A DNA stretch of 64,000 nt from Octopus bimaculoides (GCF_001194135.2 NC_068996.1:24259134-24323133), one strand, 5' to 3'. Counted from the first letter of the stretch, positions 1-12,206 are shown. The notes: generated by a model from the sequence alone, not told the origin. Made by a program: numbers and translations.

Positions 1-92
1 GGCGGTGGTGCTGGTGGTGGTGGGAATGAATGTACTGGTAGGGACAATGCTGGTGATAGGAGTAATGGTGGTGCTGTTGTTGTCATTGTTGG

Positions 93-136
<44 letters not shown>

Positions 137-650
137 GTAGTGGCGATGGTGCTGGTGGTTTTTGGATGAGGTTTGGAGTGGTGGTAATGGTTGTGATGGT
201 GAGGGCAATGATGAAGGTGGGAGTGGTGTTGGTGGTGGTTGAGGCAGTGGTTTTGGTGGTGGTTGGGATGTTTACTACTGTTCAGACAGACATCTTGGAG
301 TGGAGAACTGCATATTCTGTGTTATAACAACCACACCATGACAATGGCAATGACAAAGATGACAATGACTACTACTACTACCGCCACCACCATCGCAATC
401 ACCATCATCACCACCACAACCATCACCACCACCACCACCACCACCACCACCACCATCATCAGTAAGAATAGCACTACCACCATCACACCCTCCATCACCT
501 TCATCAAATGTACCTTCACCACTACTGCCACTATTATCATCATCATAACACCCCACCCCCAAATCACCACCACTATTATCTTCATTATCACTATCATCAT
601 CTTTATGATTACTGCTGTCATCATAATCATCACTAATTTGGTACTGATCA
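1..650. repeat. Degenerate trinucleotide low-complexity region (GGT/GAT then CAC/CAT)
   Basis: Direct reading; the ORFs at 239-658 are just translations of these repeats. Confidence 0.95.
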
Positions 651-1595
651 CCCGGTAATGTGACCTGTGATAGACAGGTGTCCTATTTTGGTGAAGATTT
701 ATCTCTCATCCCCTGTTGTATTTCTGTACACAACACTATATTCTTTNNNNNNNNNNNNNNNNNNNNNNNNNNNNNNNNNNNNNNNNNNNNNNNNNNNNNN
801 NNNNNNNNNNNNNNNNNNNNNNNNNNNNNNNNNNNNNNNNNNNNNNNNNNNNNNNNNNNNNNNNNNNNNNNNNNNNNNNNNNNNNNNNNNNNNNNNNNNN
901 NNNNNNNNNNNNNNNNNNNNNNNNNNNNNNNNNNNNNNNNNNNNNNNNNNNNNNNNNNNNNNNNNNNNNNNNNNNNNNNNNNNNNNNNNNNNNNNNNNNN
1001 NNNNNNNNNNNNNNNNNNNNNNNNNNNNNNNNNNNNNNNNNNNNNNNNNNNNNNNNNNNNNNNNNNNNNNNNNNNNNNNNNNNNNNNNNNNNNNNNNNNN
1101 NNNNNNNNNNNNNNNNNNNNNNNNNNNNNNNNNNNNNNNNNNNNNNNNNNNNNNNNNNNNNNNNNNNNNNNNNNNNNNNNNNNNNNNNNNNNNNNNNNNN
1201 NNNNNNNNNNNNNNNNNNNNNNNNNNNNNNNNNNNNNNNNNNNNNNNNNNNNNNNNNNNNNNNNNNNNNNNNNNNNNNNNNNNNNNCAGTACCACAAGAT
1301 CATCTGGTAATGCTGCCTGTGATAGACTAGTGTCCTAACCTGGCGAAGATTTATCTCTCATCCCCTGTTGTATTTCTGTACACAACACTATATTCTTCAT
1401 TGCCACAGTCTATCTCAGTACCACAAGATCATCTGGTAATGCTGCCTGTGATAGACTAGTGTCCTAACCTGGCGAAGATTTATCTCTCATCCCCTGTTGT
1501 ATTTCTGTACACAACACTATATTCTTTATTACCACATTTGGTAATGTTGCCTGTGATAGACTAGTGTCCTATCCTGGTGAAGGCTTATCTCTGAT
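651..1595. repeat. 129-bp tandem minisatellite (at least 4 visible copies or part-copies, spanning an N gap)
   Basis: CAGTACCACAAG starts at 1287 and 1416 (period 129); homologous segments also at 651-746 and 1540-1595. Confidence 0.9.
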
Positions 1596-2067
1596 CTGTT
1601 TCATATCATAAACCAAGAACTAAAGCACCATATCCAGTTGTTGCTCTCACTGTTTTTATTGTTGATGTTTAACTACAGGTAAACTACGATCCCAAAAGAC
1701 TGTTATCAAAATCATGCCAGTTATGGCCACTCCTATAGTTTAAAAAATTTTTTTTTTAAGCTCATGGTTACATTGTACAATGTTTTCATCCGTTTTTCTT
1801 TCATTATGATTGTAAGAAGCTGTATGATATGAAAATGTTTGGCTCCTATTTCTAGCATCAAACGTCCACACGGAGTCTTTGTCACTGACTTTCCTAAGCC
1901 AAGTAGTTGAGAGGTAAATACCAATATGAGATCTATAAGTAGGAATTACATATTAATAAATGCTGCCAATTTAGATTTTGGAATTCTTCAATATATTCCA
2001 AAAATAATAAAAGCTTATATTGATATTATAATAATTACTATGATTTCTCTAGTCCAATGGGCAAAGA

Positions 2068-2071
2068 AACA

Positions 2072-2103
<32 letters not shown>

Positions 2104-2141
2104 GCAGCAGCAGCAAGAACAACAACAACAGCAACATAATC

Positions 2142-2182
<41 letters not shown>

Positions 2183-2215
2183 CGGCAGCAACACAACAAC
2201 AATAGCTACAACAAA
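2068..2215. repeat. (CAA)n microsatellite
   Basis: Direct reading. Confidence 0.95.
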
Positions 2216-2699
2216 AATATAATTATTTATATTTAATGTAATCTAAAAAGGAAACAAGAATTTCATGGTCAGTTAAGAACATAATTGNNNNNNNNNNNNN
2301 NNNNNNNNNNNNNNNNNNNNNNNNNNNNNNNNNNNNNNNNNNNNNNNNNNNNNNNNNNNNNNNNNNNNNNNNNNNNNNNNNNNNNNNNNNNNNNNNNNNN
2401 NNNNNNNNNNNNNNNNNNNNNNNNNNNNNNNNNNNNNNNNNNNNNNNNNNNNNNNNNNNNNNNNNNNNNNNNNNNNNNNNNNNNNNNNNNNNNNNNNNNN
2501 NNNNNNNNNNNNNNNNNNNNNNNNNNNNNNNNNNNNNNNNNNNNNNNNNNNNNNNNNNNNNNNNNNNNNNNNNNNNNNNNNNNNNNNNNNNNNNNNNNNN
2601 NNNNNNNNNNNNNNNNNNNNNNNNNNNNNNNNNNNNNNNNNNNNNNNNNNNNNNNNNNNNNNNNNNNNNNNNNNNNNNNNNNNNNNNNNNNNNNNNNNN

Positions 2700-2829
2700 N
2701 TGTTTTCTTTTTTTTTGTGGTGGTGGTGGTCGTGGTGGTAACAGTAGGTTACTGTTGTCATCCCCACCCCACTGTGGTTTCCTTCTAGTTCTGTCATTAA
2801 ACTCACCATTACTCCACCACCACCACCAC

Positions 2830-2864
<35 letters not shown>

Positions 2865-3075
2865 TCACCACCACCACCACCACCATCATCACAGCCATTT
2901 CCATCATCCTCATGACCACCACAACCATCATCATATTCATCATCATCTTCACCACCATAAACACTACCACATCATCATCATCATCATTGTCATCATTATC
3001 CTCTTTGTCACTAGCACAACAACCACCACCACCAACACCAACACCAGCAACAACAACAACAACAATAACAATCAG
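2700..3075. repeat. Compound CAC/CGC/CAT/CAA low-complexity tract
   Basis: Direct reading. Confidence 0.9.
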
Positions 3076-3479
3076 TGTCATCACATCAAAATATTCACTT
3101 TCAAAATAATGGCAAAATTTTCAAAAATAAATTCCTCTGATGATGTGATGGTTACATATGGTCTAACATTCATCTAAATGAACTACCAAAATCTATGTAA
3201 AGAAGGAAATGATTCAGATATCAATTATGTTCTTCCCCTTGTTGCATTTTGTCTGCAGCAAATTTGCTCTGAGTACATTTTATAGCCTATATACTACATC
3301 TAATGCAACTGAGTATGCGCGAGTTTGTGTGTCCATGTTGTGTATGTATGCATACATGTGTGTATGTATGTATGTATGTATGTATGTATGTATGTATGTA
3401 TGCGTATGTGCGTGCGTGCACGTGTGTGTGTGAGAGTGTTCTCATACTCATTTTAAGTGAGAGTAAGTTTTGATCAGCC

Positions 3480-3713
3480 ACCTACTTGATAGCAATATTG
3501 TGAAGGAAATTATCTTGTTTTAAACCATCATCCTTTAAATCTTGGTGGTCCAAATCGGAGATGCATTCTATGTGGGTGTCTTTTCAAAACATTGTCTGGT
3601 TTAAAAAGCCACATCAGATGCCATGATGGATCTAAGGTGTGGATACAGGAGGCGGTCAGACTCTGCATAAGGAGTAAACAGCTATCCTATATATATATAT
3701 ATATACGTATATA
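3480..3713 (+). mobile_element. Probable 3' end of an RTE-like LINE with a C-terminal C2H2 zinc finger and a (TA)n tail
   Basis: Frame starting 3541 reads ..RRCILCGCLFKTLSGLKSHIRCH.. (Cx2Cx3Fx5Lx2Hx3H), then (TA)n; RTE/BovB ORFs can end in such a finger. Confidence 0.55.
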
Positions 3714-4166
3714 NNNNNNNNNNNNNNNNNNNNNNNNNNNNNNNNNNNNNNNNNNNNNNNNNNNNNNNNNNNNNNNNNNNNNNNNNNNNNNNNNNNNNNN
3801 NNNNNNNNNNNNNNNNNNNNNNNNNNNNNNNNNNNNNNNNNNNNNNNNNNNNNNNNNNNNNNNNNNNNNNNNNNNNNNNNNNNNNNNNNNNNNNNNNNNN
3901 NNNNNNNNNNNNNNNNNNNNNNNNNNNNNNNNNNNNNNNNNNNNNNNNNNNNNNNNNNNNNNNNNNNNNNNNNNNNNNNNNNNNNNNNNNNNNNNNNNNN
4001 NNNNNNNNNNNNNNNNNNNNNNNNNNNNNNNNNNNNNNNNNNNNNNNNNNNNNNNNNNNNNNNNNNNNNNNNNNNNNNNNNNNNNNNNNNNNNNNNNNNN
4101 NNNNNTACCTGTAATTTTGGATTTTGTCCCTAATATTATTATATATATATATATATATATAATATG

Positions 4167-4221
<55 letters not shown>

Positions 4222-4440
4222 TCTCTTTCTCTTTTTAATTTAAAGTAAATTTTGACTAGTCGCTTACTTGGTAGCAAAGTTGTGAAGGAAAGTATCTTCT
4301 TTTAACCATTATCCTTTAAATCTGAAGGTCTTGTACATCTGTAGATGTCCTGTCCTTTTTCTCCTCTATTTATCTGGTCATATTAGTGTCCAGTTGGCTG
4401 CTGATTTCCACAACAGACTGTGTTTATATATTAACATTGT

Positions 4441-4620
4441 CATAATCATCATCATTTAGCGTCCATATCTTAACCCATGCTGACATGGGTTAAGATAGTT
4501 TGACTGGAACAGGTAAGCGAGAGAGCTGTGCCAGGCTCCAATCTGATTTGGCTTGGTTTCTATGACTGGATGCCCTTTCTAATTCCAACCACTCCAAGAA
4601 AGTAGTGCGTGCCTCTAACA
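4441..4620 (-). mobile_element. RTE-type 3' end repeat (family E), decayed
   Basis: CATCAT..GCGTCC..CCATGCTGACATGGG..CTGGATGCCCTT..CCAACCACT, homologous to 41196-41370. Confidence 0.8.
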
Positions 4621-4666
4621 TATACATGTAACCTGTGCATAAAGTACCCCCATGCACTCACGTGTG

Positions 4667-4741
<75 letters not shown>

Positions 4742-4860
4742 AAGTATGTATGATCATTAGCATCATCATTAAACATCCATGTTTCTGTCTACTTCTGTCA
4801 TCAAACTCACCATTACTCCACCACTGCTGCTGCCACTTTCACCACCACCACCACCACATT

Positions 4861-5030
4861 ATCATCCTCATCATCATCATCATCATGGGTTGCATGCTTT
4901 GACGGGATCTGAAAGGTTTAAAGACTGCATTATGCTCCAGTATCTGCTTTGGCATAGTTCTATGGTTGGATATCCTTTCTAATGCCAACTATTTATTGTG
5001 TATACTGGATGTTATTTCGTGACATCAGTA
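4861..5030 (-). mobile_element. Older decayed family E-like 3' end
   Basis: (CAT)n then CATGGGTTG..TTTGGCA..GGATATCCTTTCTAATGCCAAC, similar to other E copies. Confidence 0.6.
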
Positions 5031-5809
5031 CAAATGCAGCTACCATGCAGCCAGTGAGATTAAGATCCCTTTTGGCTGAGTGGGGCTACAGTAGAAAGGG
5101 AGGCAGCTTTATGCTACAGGATGGGGGCTTAATGTGTGAGAGAAGGGACTAGAACAGGTTTCTTTCTGCATAGGGGTGACATGGATACTCATATTATAGA
5201 AGAGAGGGTGGGAGAGACAGTAGTGAAGATAGTAGAATCAATGGAAAAAATATTCCATCCATTGAGAGATGAATATCAACCAAAAGAGCTACTAATAGTT
5301 TCATGCTTTTATGATACTTGAACATGCATATTTATAAAATACACCATGCATCTAAAAGCAAACTTTCAGGTTTTATATATATATAATTTATAGATCCCAT
5401 AGAGGTAGAATCAACAAAAAAAAGTATTTTATCCAGTGAGGGATGAATATGAATTTAATACACAGCTGAAAGAGCTACTAAGGGTTTCATGCCTTTACGA
5501 TACTTTATATAGGCAGATTTCTAAAACACACCATGTATCTCCAGACAATCTTTCAGGCTCAATTTATACATTAGGTATATTTTAAAAATCAGGATGCTGG
5601 ACAGTGAGAAAATAAGAAAAAACAAGAGGGAAAACATGAAGGAGTTTGATGCAAGAAATGGAATAAGAAGAAAGAAACAAAAGCAAAAAAAAAAAAAACA
5701 AGATCCCCATCCTCCCTGATTGCAAAAATCACAATTAATGTGGCTGGTGTAGAACAATATAACAGTGAATATGTCAAAGTCTATTAGACAGCAACTCAAT
5801 CCAGAGTAG

Positions 5810-6350
5810 GTGGTGTCTTCCAGTTTGACAAAAGAAACTTGTTCGAGTTTCTTTTGAAACTGCTAAAAATTTCAGATCTGGAATGAAGCAGTGTAGTGGA
5901 ATTCTTGAATCCAAGAAGAATATATGATCTTTCTGCTATGCATGAGCTGCATTTCTTAGATCCATTAACATATAGCTTGGATTTCTCTACAACTCTCCAC
6001 TTGATTGTATGTGGTGTGGAGTTGTTCTTCAATTCCATATGTGGCTAGCCAACTTCGTCACATTACTTTTGTCAATGTGCCAGAAAGAAGATAGGTGATT
6101 TGCATAACATCTTTTGAAATTGCCTTTGCATAACCTGATGTAATTCCTCTTTTCATTTAGGTTATCTTGAAGCATTGTTGTTACTTCTGTTTCATCTATG
6201 ACAGGGTTTATCATGCATGTCTGGTCAAATGGGCAAGCTTCAGGGTTTCGATATTTACAACTGGGAGTGGACTGTTGGTAACCTTAATGAGTTATACTGT
6301 TCTTCAATTCAGAGCAGCGATTGTGATATTTTAATTGGTCATTTGTTAAA
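5810..6350 (-). mobile_element. Penelope-like element, GIY-YIG endonuclease fragment (frameshifted)
   Basis: Translates to ACPFDQTCMINPVI..NYIRLCKGNFKRCYANHLSSF..LASHIW-ELKNNSTPHTIKWRVVEKSKLYVNGSKKCSSCIAE, the typical PLE C-terminal pattern. Confidence 0.85.
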
Positions 6351-6869
6351 ATGATGTGTTGCTTTAGTTAGAAAGATATACAGATGATCATACAAGTAGT
6401 AGAAATAGTGATGGTTGGATAAAGGTTAAATTTTGAAAGAGCTATAGAGGTCTGAGAATAATGTCTGTAAAGTCAAAATATCAAACAAGTAAGGTGGGCA
6501 CTAACAGGGGAATATGTCATGCAGGATACAGTGTTACAGTATGCAGGATACAGTGTTACTTCATGTGTTATGTGGTGTGTTACACAACATGTTACATGAT
6601 TTGTTACATGGTGCATAGTGTGGAAGTCTGGGTTCCTCCTTTCTTGGGTCCTCATTTCTCAATGGAGTTTTTTGGCTGTTGTTATTAGGGTGAGTCTTGG
6701 TCATTTTAAACATGGCAGTGCCCATTCTTCTCTGGGTCTGAACACTGGTTTCATCCAGAATGAGAGATAGAGGATGAGATAGAGAGGGAAAGAGACAGAG
6801 AGCAAGAGAGATAACAGGGAGAGAGAGAGAGAGAGAGAGACATACACACACACACAATGGGAGTAAAGA

Positions 6870-6990
6870 ATCAATGCCTGTACTGAAGTTGTGCTTTCCT
6901 TATCAACCCCAAAATGATGGAAATCAAAATTGGCCTCACTCGGAATCAAACTGGAAGCATGGAGAGACTGAGAATAGAATCCATAAAGCA
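6870..6990 (-). mobile_element. Decayed family A SINE fragment
   Basis: Reverse complement ..GATTCCGAGTGAGGCCAATTTTGATTTCCATCATTTTGGGGTTGATAA.. matches the family A body. Confidence 0.5.
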
Positions 6991-7589
6991 TCCTGTCTGA
7001 CACTATAATGACTCTGCTAATAAATTGTCTACCAGAAGTCTGGTTATATATATTATAGGATTTATCATGTGAGTGAAGGCATGTGATATTTAGTGCATAT
7101 TATATTGTGACTAGTTAGAAACATTATGACATATCTATTATAGTAGAGTACATCTTGACTACATTAGTAATCTTTAATCTAATTTACGATGCAGCTTATT
7201 CTGGTATGAATGATAACTTCATAGTTTGGTAAATTTTAGAATAAATCATTAGAACTGGTATCTGTAATTAGCTGGAATTTATAATAGACAATTGGTTAAT
7301 ATGCAGAAAATTTGTTCCTAGTGGTATCTATCTGATTTTCAATTAGGTAGGTGGAGTTAATTAGAGTAATGAACATTTTCTAATTAGATAGCTATTACTT
7401 GCCAGTGGCAGTCACTGGATCATCTTGCCTGAACCTGAAGTTCAATATTCCCCAATATTCTTGCTGAGTAAAAAATAGAATTAATTATGCTGGAAATAAT
7501 TAGTAATGAGTCAATAAATAGTTTCTATTAAAGTTACTCAACTTACAACAATTAGAAATATAAGTTTGAAAAGAGAATATTGCTATAAT

Positions 7590-8310
7590 GTCAGATAGTC
7601 ATAACTAGTTATAACTTCATGTTGTCATAGATATTTTTATAATATCAGATATTCATAGCAACTGATTTTGCCATAACTACAGTTAAAACTTAATGTAGTC
7701 ATAAATATCGTTATAACCTCAAGTAGTCATAAATTGTTATAAATTAATGTTCTCATAAATATTGTTATAACCTCAAGTAGTCATAAATTGTTATAAATTA
7801 ATGTTGTCATAAATATTGTTATGACCTACTGTTATAATTTCATGTGGTCATAAATGCTGTTATAAACTCATATAGTCATAAATGTTATAATAATTTCAGG
7901 TAGTTATAACAACAGTTATAACCTCAAGTAGTCATAATTATTGTTATTACAATATGCAAACATAAGTACTATTAAAAACTCAGGTAATCATAACTAATAA
8001 TACAATCTCAAGTAGTTATAACTACCATTGTAACCTTAGTTAGTTATAACTACCATTAAAACTTCAGGTAGTCATAGATACTGTAATAACTTCAGGTAAT
8101 TTTAAAAGCTGTTATAATCTCATGAAGTTATAATTACCATTATAATTTCAAATAGTCATAACTACGATTAAATGCCACATAACTACCACCAAATACCACT
8201 AAAACTTGATATAGTCACACCTACCATTATAACATAGGTCAATCATAGTTACTGCACAACCTCAAGTAATCATAAACACTGTTAAAAATTAAGTAGTCAT
8301 AAATATTGTT
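7590..8310. repeat. Degenerate ~28-bp AT-rich minisatellite (consensus ~TAGTCATAAMTACTGTTATAACCTCAAG); resumes at 9300-9460 and 9660-9710
   Basis: Repeated AGTCATAA..GTTATAAC units; exact 54-bp (28+26) duplication near 7700-7810. Confidence 0.85.
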
Positions 8311-8415
8311 TCCCTCATGCAAATTTTTTATGTCAATCTATTGTTTTATTTATTGAAAATTTACAGATAATTTAATAATTACACATATAACACATGTATA
8401 TGATGCATTTGTTAT

Positions 8416-8712
8416 GAAGGTGCATGACTTAGTAGTTAGAGTGCTGCACTCATGATCTATCGATCGTGGTTTCAATTCCTAAACCAGGTGGTGCATTGTG
8501 TTCTTGAGCAAAACACTTCCTCTTGCATTGCTCTGTGATCACTTTGACACCTAAAACATAGCACACAGTGCACCTGTTCAGACAACGTCGATTTGATGGA
8601 GGGAGTGAGCTAATATGCAGAACATTTGATCACTATAAACAAATCATTTGTACAGGTTGTTCAGCAAAAGTTGAACACTCATACATCGTCTTTGGTGGGT
8701 AAGTCCACCATA
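8416..8712 (+). mobile_element. tRNA-derived SINE, family D
   Basis: tRNA-like head with A/B-box-like motifs (GACTTAGTAGTTAG..GGTTTCAATTCC); second copy at 57598-58100. Confidence 0.75.
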
Positions 8713-8846
8713 TGGTACATATATAATACAAAAGCAACTTGAAAATCCAAATCCCAAACCAAAGAAAACACAACCATGAGCCAAGAGAGAGTCAGATTTG
8801 GATATATATTTCAATGTGGTTTTGTATTATGTATGTATTATATATA

Positions 8847-9235
8847 CTCTTTTACTCTTTTACTTGTTTCAGTCATTTGACTGCGGCCATGCTGGGGTAC
8901 AGCCTTTAGTCGAGCAACTCGACCCCAGGACTTATTCTTTGTAATCCTAGTACTTATTCTATCGGTCTCTTTTTGCCGAACCGCCAAGTTACGGGGACAT
9001 AAACACACCAGCATCGGTCGTCAAGCGAAGCTGGGGGGGGGGACAAATACAGACACACAAACATATACACACACNNNNNNNNNNTCAGTTTCCGTCTACC
9101 AAATCCACTCACAAGGCTTTGGTTGGCCCGAGGCTATAGTTGAAGACACTTGCCCAAGGTGCCACGCAGTGGGACTGAACCCAGAACCATGTGGTTGGTA
9201 AGCAAGCTACTTACCACACAGCCACTCCTGCGCCT
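8847..9235 (-). mobile_element. tRNA-derived SINE, family B (OR2/CORE-like), full length
   Basis: Reverse complement of 47241-47615; CORE-like CCTTGGGCAAGTGTCTT; tail (AGTAAAAG)n. Confidence 0.9.
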
Positions 9236-9489
9236 ATATGTATATCTGTTATATATGTAATTATTAAATTATCTAAATTTTCAATAAATATTGTTATATT
9301 GCAGATAGTCATAACTACTGAAACAAGTTCATGCAGTTGTAATGACAGTTGTAATAACTCCAAATAGTCATAACTATTGATAATTACAGTTATAAGCTCA
9401 GGTAGTCATAGTAACCCAAGTCATCATAAACGCTATCGTAACCTCTTCTGGTTAACGCTATTGTAACTACTCAGTGTATTGAGCAGCAA

Positions 9490-9660
9490 GTTTCTTCCAC
9501 CAGGTTCAATCAACTGCTATTTTTATACATCCATTCCACACAATGTTGACTTGTCTCTGGGTCATGCTGAAATGTCCACAGCTGAGGGGTCTTCAGCCAG
9601 ACCAGTTCATGCCTGCCCTGGCTGGTATCCAAAATCATGAGTGTTTCCGAGTGCTTTGAC
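9490..9660 (-). mobile_element. Possible mariner transposase fragment
   Basis: Minus frame LWTFQHDPETSQHCVEW resembles the mariner WxxxYDPETKxQSxxW motif; short, single motif. Confidence 0.3.
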
Positions 9661-9895
9661 TACTGTTATGTAGCCATAAATACAGTTATAGCCTCGGGTA
9701 AAATTAATGCAATTAAACACTTTTTATAATTTCAGTTTTTTATTATTCATTATTTTTAATATTTAAATTTTATTTAAAATTAGAGAATATAAATTTTAAA
9801 TGATTGATCTTGCATTTTCATAAAATTCTCTCCATTTCCTCTATTCTTTGCAGCTTTTTAACACACTGAGAATCACATATATATATATTTATGTA

Positions 9896-10366
9896 TGTAT
9901 GCTGAACTATTGAGAAATCTACAGTTACTCTACATAGATTACAAGTTCAGATTTATACTTGTGATTATTAGAGTACTGGGATATGGTACACTTTGCCTAA
10001 GCACCAATCTTGAGAAATTAGGCTTCTCAAAACCAGAAAGGAGAAAGCTGATTTGATGACTACAGATCCAAGTCATCAGTGGAACTGTTAAAATTTGTAA
10101 AACTTTTCAGAAATTTATCATTTTAGCATATATGCATATGTCTAGACATGAAACTGTACACATGAAAATACATACATAAAACAAAACATACAAATCTGAA
10201 CATGCACTGACTCTAAATACTGTACATATACACATATACATACTAAAATATTCTGTTGATATTGTTGAAATTCCAATGAAGGAATCTCGGATTAAGGTTA
10301 GACACCAGCTCTTTCTCTATTGGCAAGAAATCTTGAAATAAAACTGAGTAATAACTTACATACATA
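9896..10366 (+). mobile_element. R4/Dong-like REL LINE 3' end with 3'UTR, ending in (CATA)n
   Basis: Collinear with the reverse complement of 29285-29770 (GAACTATTGAGAAATCTACAG..CTTGAGAAATTAGGCTTCTCAAAACCAG..CTATTGGCAAGAAATCTTGAAATAAA). Confidence 0.8.
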
Positions 10367-11044
10367 CAAACATACTTAAAACAGCGAAATTTTTCCCCTA
10401 AATTCTTCATTATTTTCAAAGTTAATTGAAAGAAAGGCATTGTATTACAAAGAAATACAGTAATAAAGGGGTTAATGATATGGAAAAAAAAAGCTTTAAA
10501 TAGCATTCGTGAAAACTCCTCTCAAAGAAGCAAGGGGACAGAACTCTGAAATTCTAATTGAATGGAAATTAAATGGAGACAGATATGCAGGTGAGACAAA
10601 GTGAGAGTCTGGTCTTTGGTAGCAACAGAGATAACTCCAGATACATTTCTACCTCATTAGACCTCTTCAGTGAAGAATTGTTAGCATGCAATGCATAACA
10701 ACCAGGATCACAGAATGACCTGAAACATATATTACTTTTGTATGTGTGTGTGAAAATAACTTACTGATTAGCTAATTAGAAATAATGACATTGCAAGAAT
10801 ACAATTTTTATTTAGTTATTTTTGTCATGAGAATTTATTTGAGAATGATGAAATTATTCTAATTTCTGATGGGAATGGCATTAATTACGCAACCATTGTG
10901 AATGAGTAAGTATGCTATCTAATGCTTGCAATAGAGACATGGTGACATAGTGCTTCAAGTTTGGTTTACTGTTATCTCCTTGTCTGTATACTATAAACTC
11001 AACATTATTATGGATTTATCACATCATTCATTTGAAACTAACTC

Positions 11045-11083
<39 letters not shown>

Positions 11084-11201
11084 CCTCTCTCTCTCTCTCT
11101 CTCTCTATCAATCTATCTATCTATCTTTCTCCTTTTTTCTTTCCTTCACACTCATGTTTTTTTCTCTCTCACTCCTACTCTTTGAGTTCATACAATACAA
11201 T

Positions 11202-11350
11202 AGGCACAGATGTGATTGTATGGTTAAGAAACTTGTTTCCCAACCACGTAGTCTTTGGTTCAGTCTCAACATGCAGCACCTTTGACAAATGTCTTCTAAT
11301 ATAGCCTCAGGTCAGCCAAAGCTATGTGAGTGAATTTGATAGATGGAAAC
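11202..11350 (+). mobile_element. Family B SINE, 5' half
   Basis: TGTATGGTTAAGAAACTTG..CACCTTTGACAAATGTCTTCT..GATGGAAAC. Confidence 0.75.
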
Positions 11351-11370
11351 TATATATATATATATGTATG

Positions 11371-11401
<31 letters not shown>

Positions 11402-11603
11402 AAGCATATACATTCATATATATACATACATACATATATATTATATATATATGAAATATTCAAACACTGAGATTTGAAGTTAGATGTCACTACTGTTCAT
11501 ATCATCTGTGGATAAATTCAAAATTTGATGATATCACCAGTAGTAGCATGGGTGGAACGCAGTTATGATAGCTTTAAGGAGCTATGAAATATAAATTTGC
11601 ACG

Positions 11604-11942
11604 AAGCGTAATGATGCTTAATGAGCATTTACCTGCTAGAAATAAGAGCCAAGTCTTAAATAATCCACCGTTGCGCACCAATATAACAGAGAAAAACAGT
11701 ATGCGAGGAAAACAGAAAGAATTAAAACATTTAACAGCACAAATAAAAATATTATGCAATTAGGGATATCCACAAACCAGGTTTCGGCTTTTGGTTATTC
11801 AACCTTGAGTCTCGTCAGTGTGGACTATGAGTTCAAATTCATGACTGTTTACGTTAGTCTCTGACTGCAACTGGTTTTGTTTTGCGCCAAAATCAGGCTC
11901 TTATTTCTAGCAGGTAGATGCTCATTAAGCATCATTATGCTT
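11604..11942. mobile_element. 339-bp element with 47-bp terminal inverted repeats (MITE-like or Penelope inverted pLTR)
   Basis: 11604-11650 vs 11896-11942 are reverse complements at 45/47 positions; right end abuts an N gap. Confidence 0.8.
11769..11824 (-). ncRNA. Minimal type I hammerhead ribozyme motif (partly decayed)
   Basis: TCCACA-CTGACGA-GACTC..AAGCC-GAAA-CCTGG-TT-TGTGGA: perfect 6-bp stem I and intact core, two transition mismatches in stem II. Confidence 0.6.
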
Positions 11943-12157
11943 NNNNNNNNNNNNNNNNNNNTATATATCGAAACGTCTAGTTAGAATAGAGGCAGCTGAC
12001 ATAGGATTAATTCCAAGTGGCTATCTGTTTTCCTATGTGTTCATTCCGTTGTCTGTAGTTCATTTTTCTAACATCCTGTACCCTGATATGCATCTATATA
12101 CACATGTAGATGTAAGTATGTACATATATGTGTGTATACATGCATACATATTCTTTG

Positions 12158-12206
<49 letters not shown>

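Noticed and set aside
3487-3540. Duplicated minus-strand exon (LKDDGLKQDNFLHNIAIK) with a GTAG/GTAAG donor, second copy at 4268-4320
   Set aside because: The second copy is frameshifted, and the plus strand gives a better explanation (C2H2 LINE end)
5240-5570. Diverged ~165-bp tandem duplication
   Set aside because: Real but unremarkable; no coding or structural signal
7000-7590. Cluster of TAAT homeobox-like motifs
   Set aside because: Expected by chance in such AT-rich DNA
10640-10680. Minus-strand CTGAAGA..GAAA hammerhead-like spacing
   Set aside because: Stems II and I do not pair
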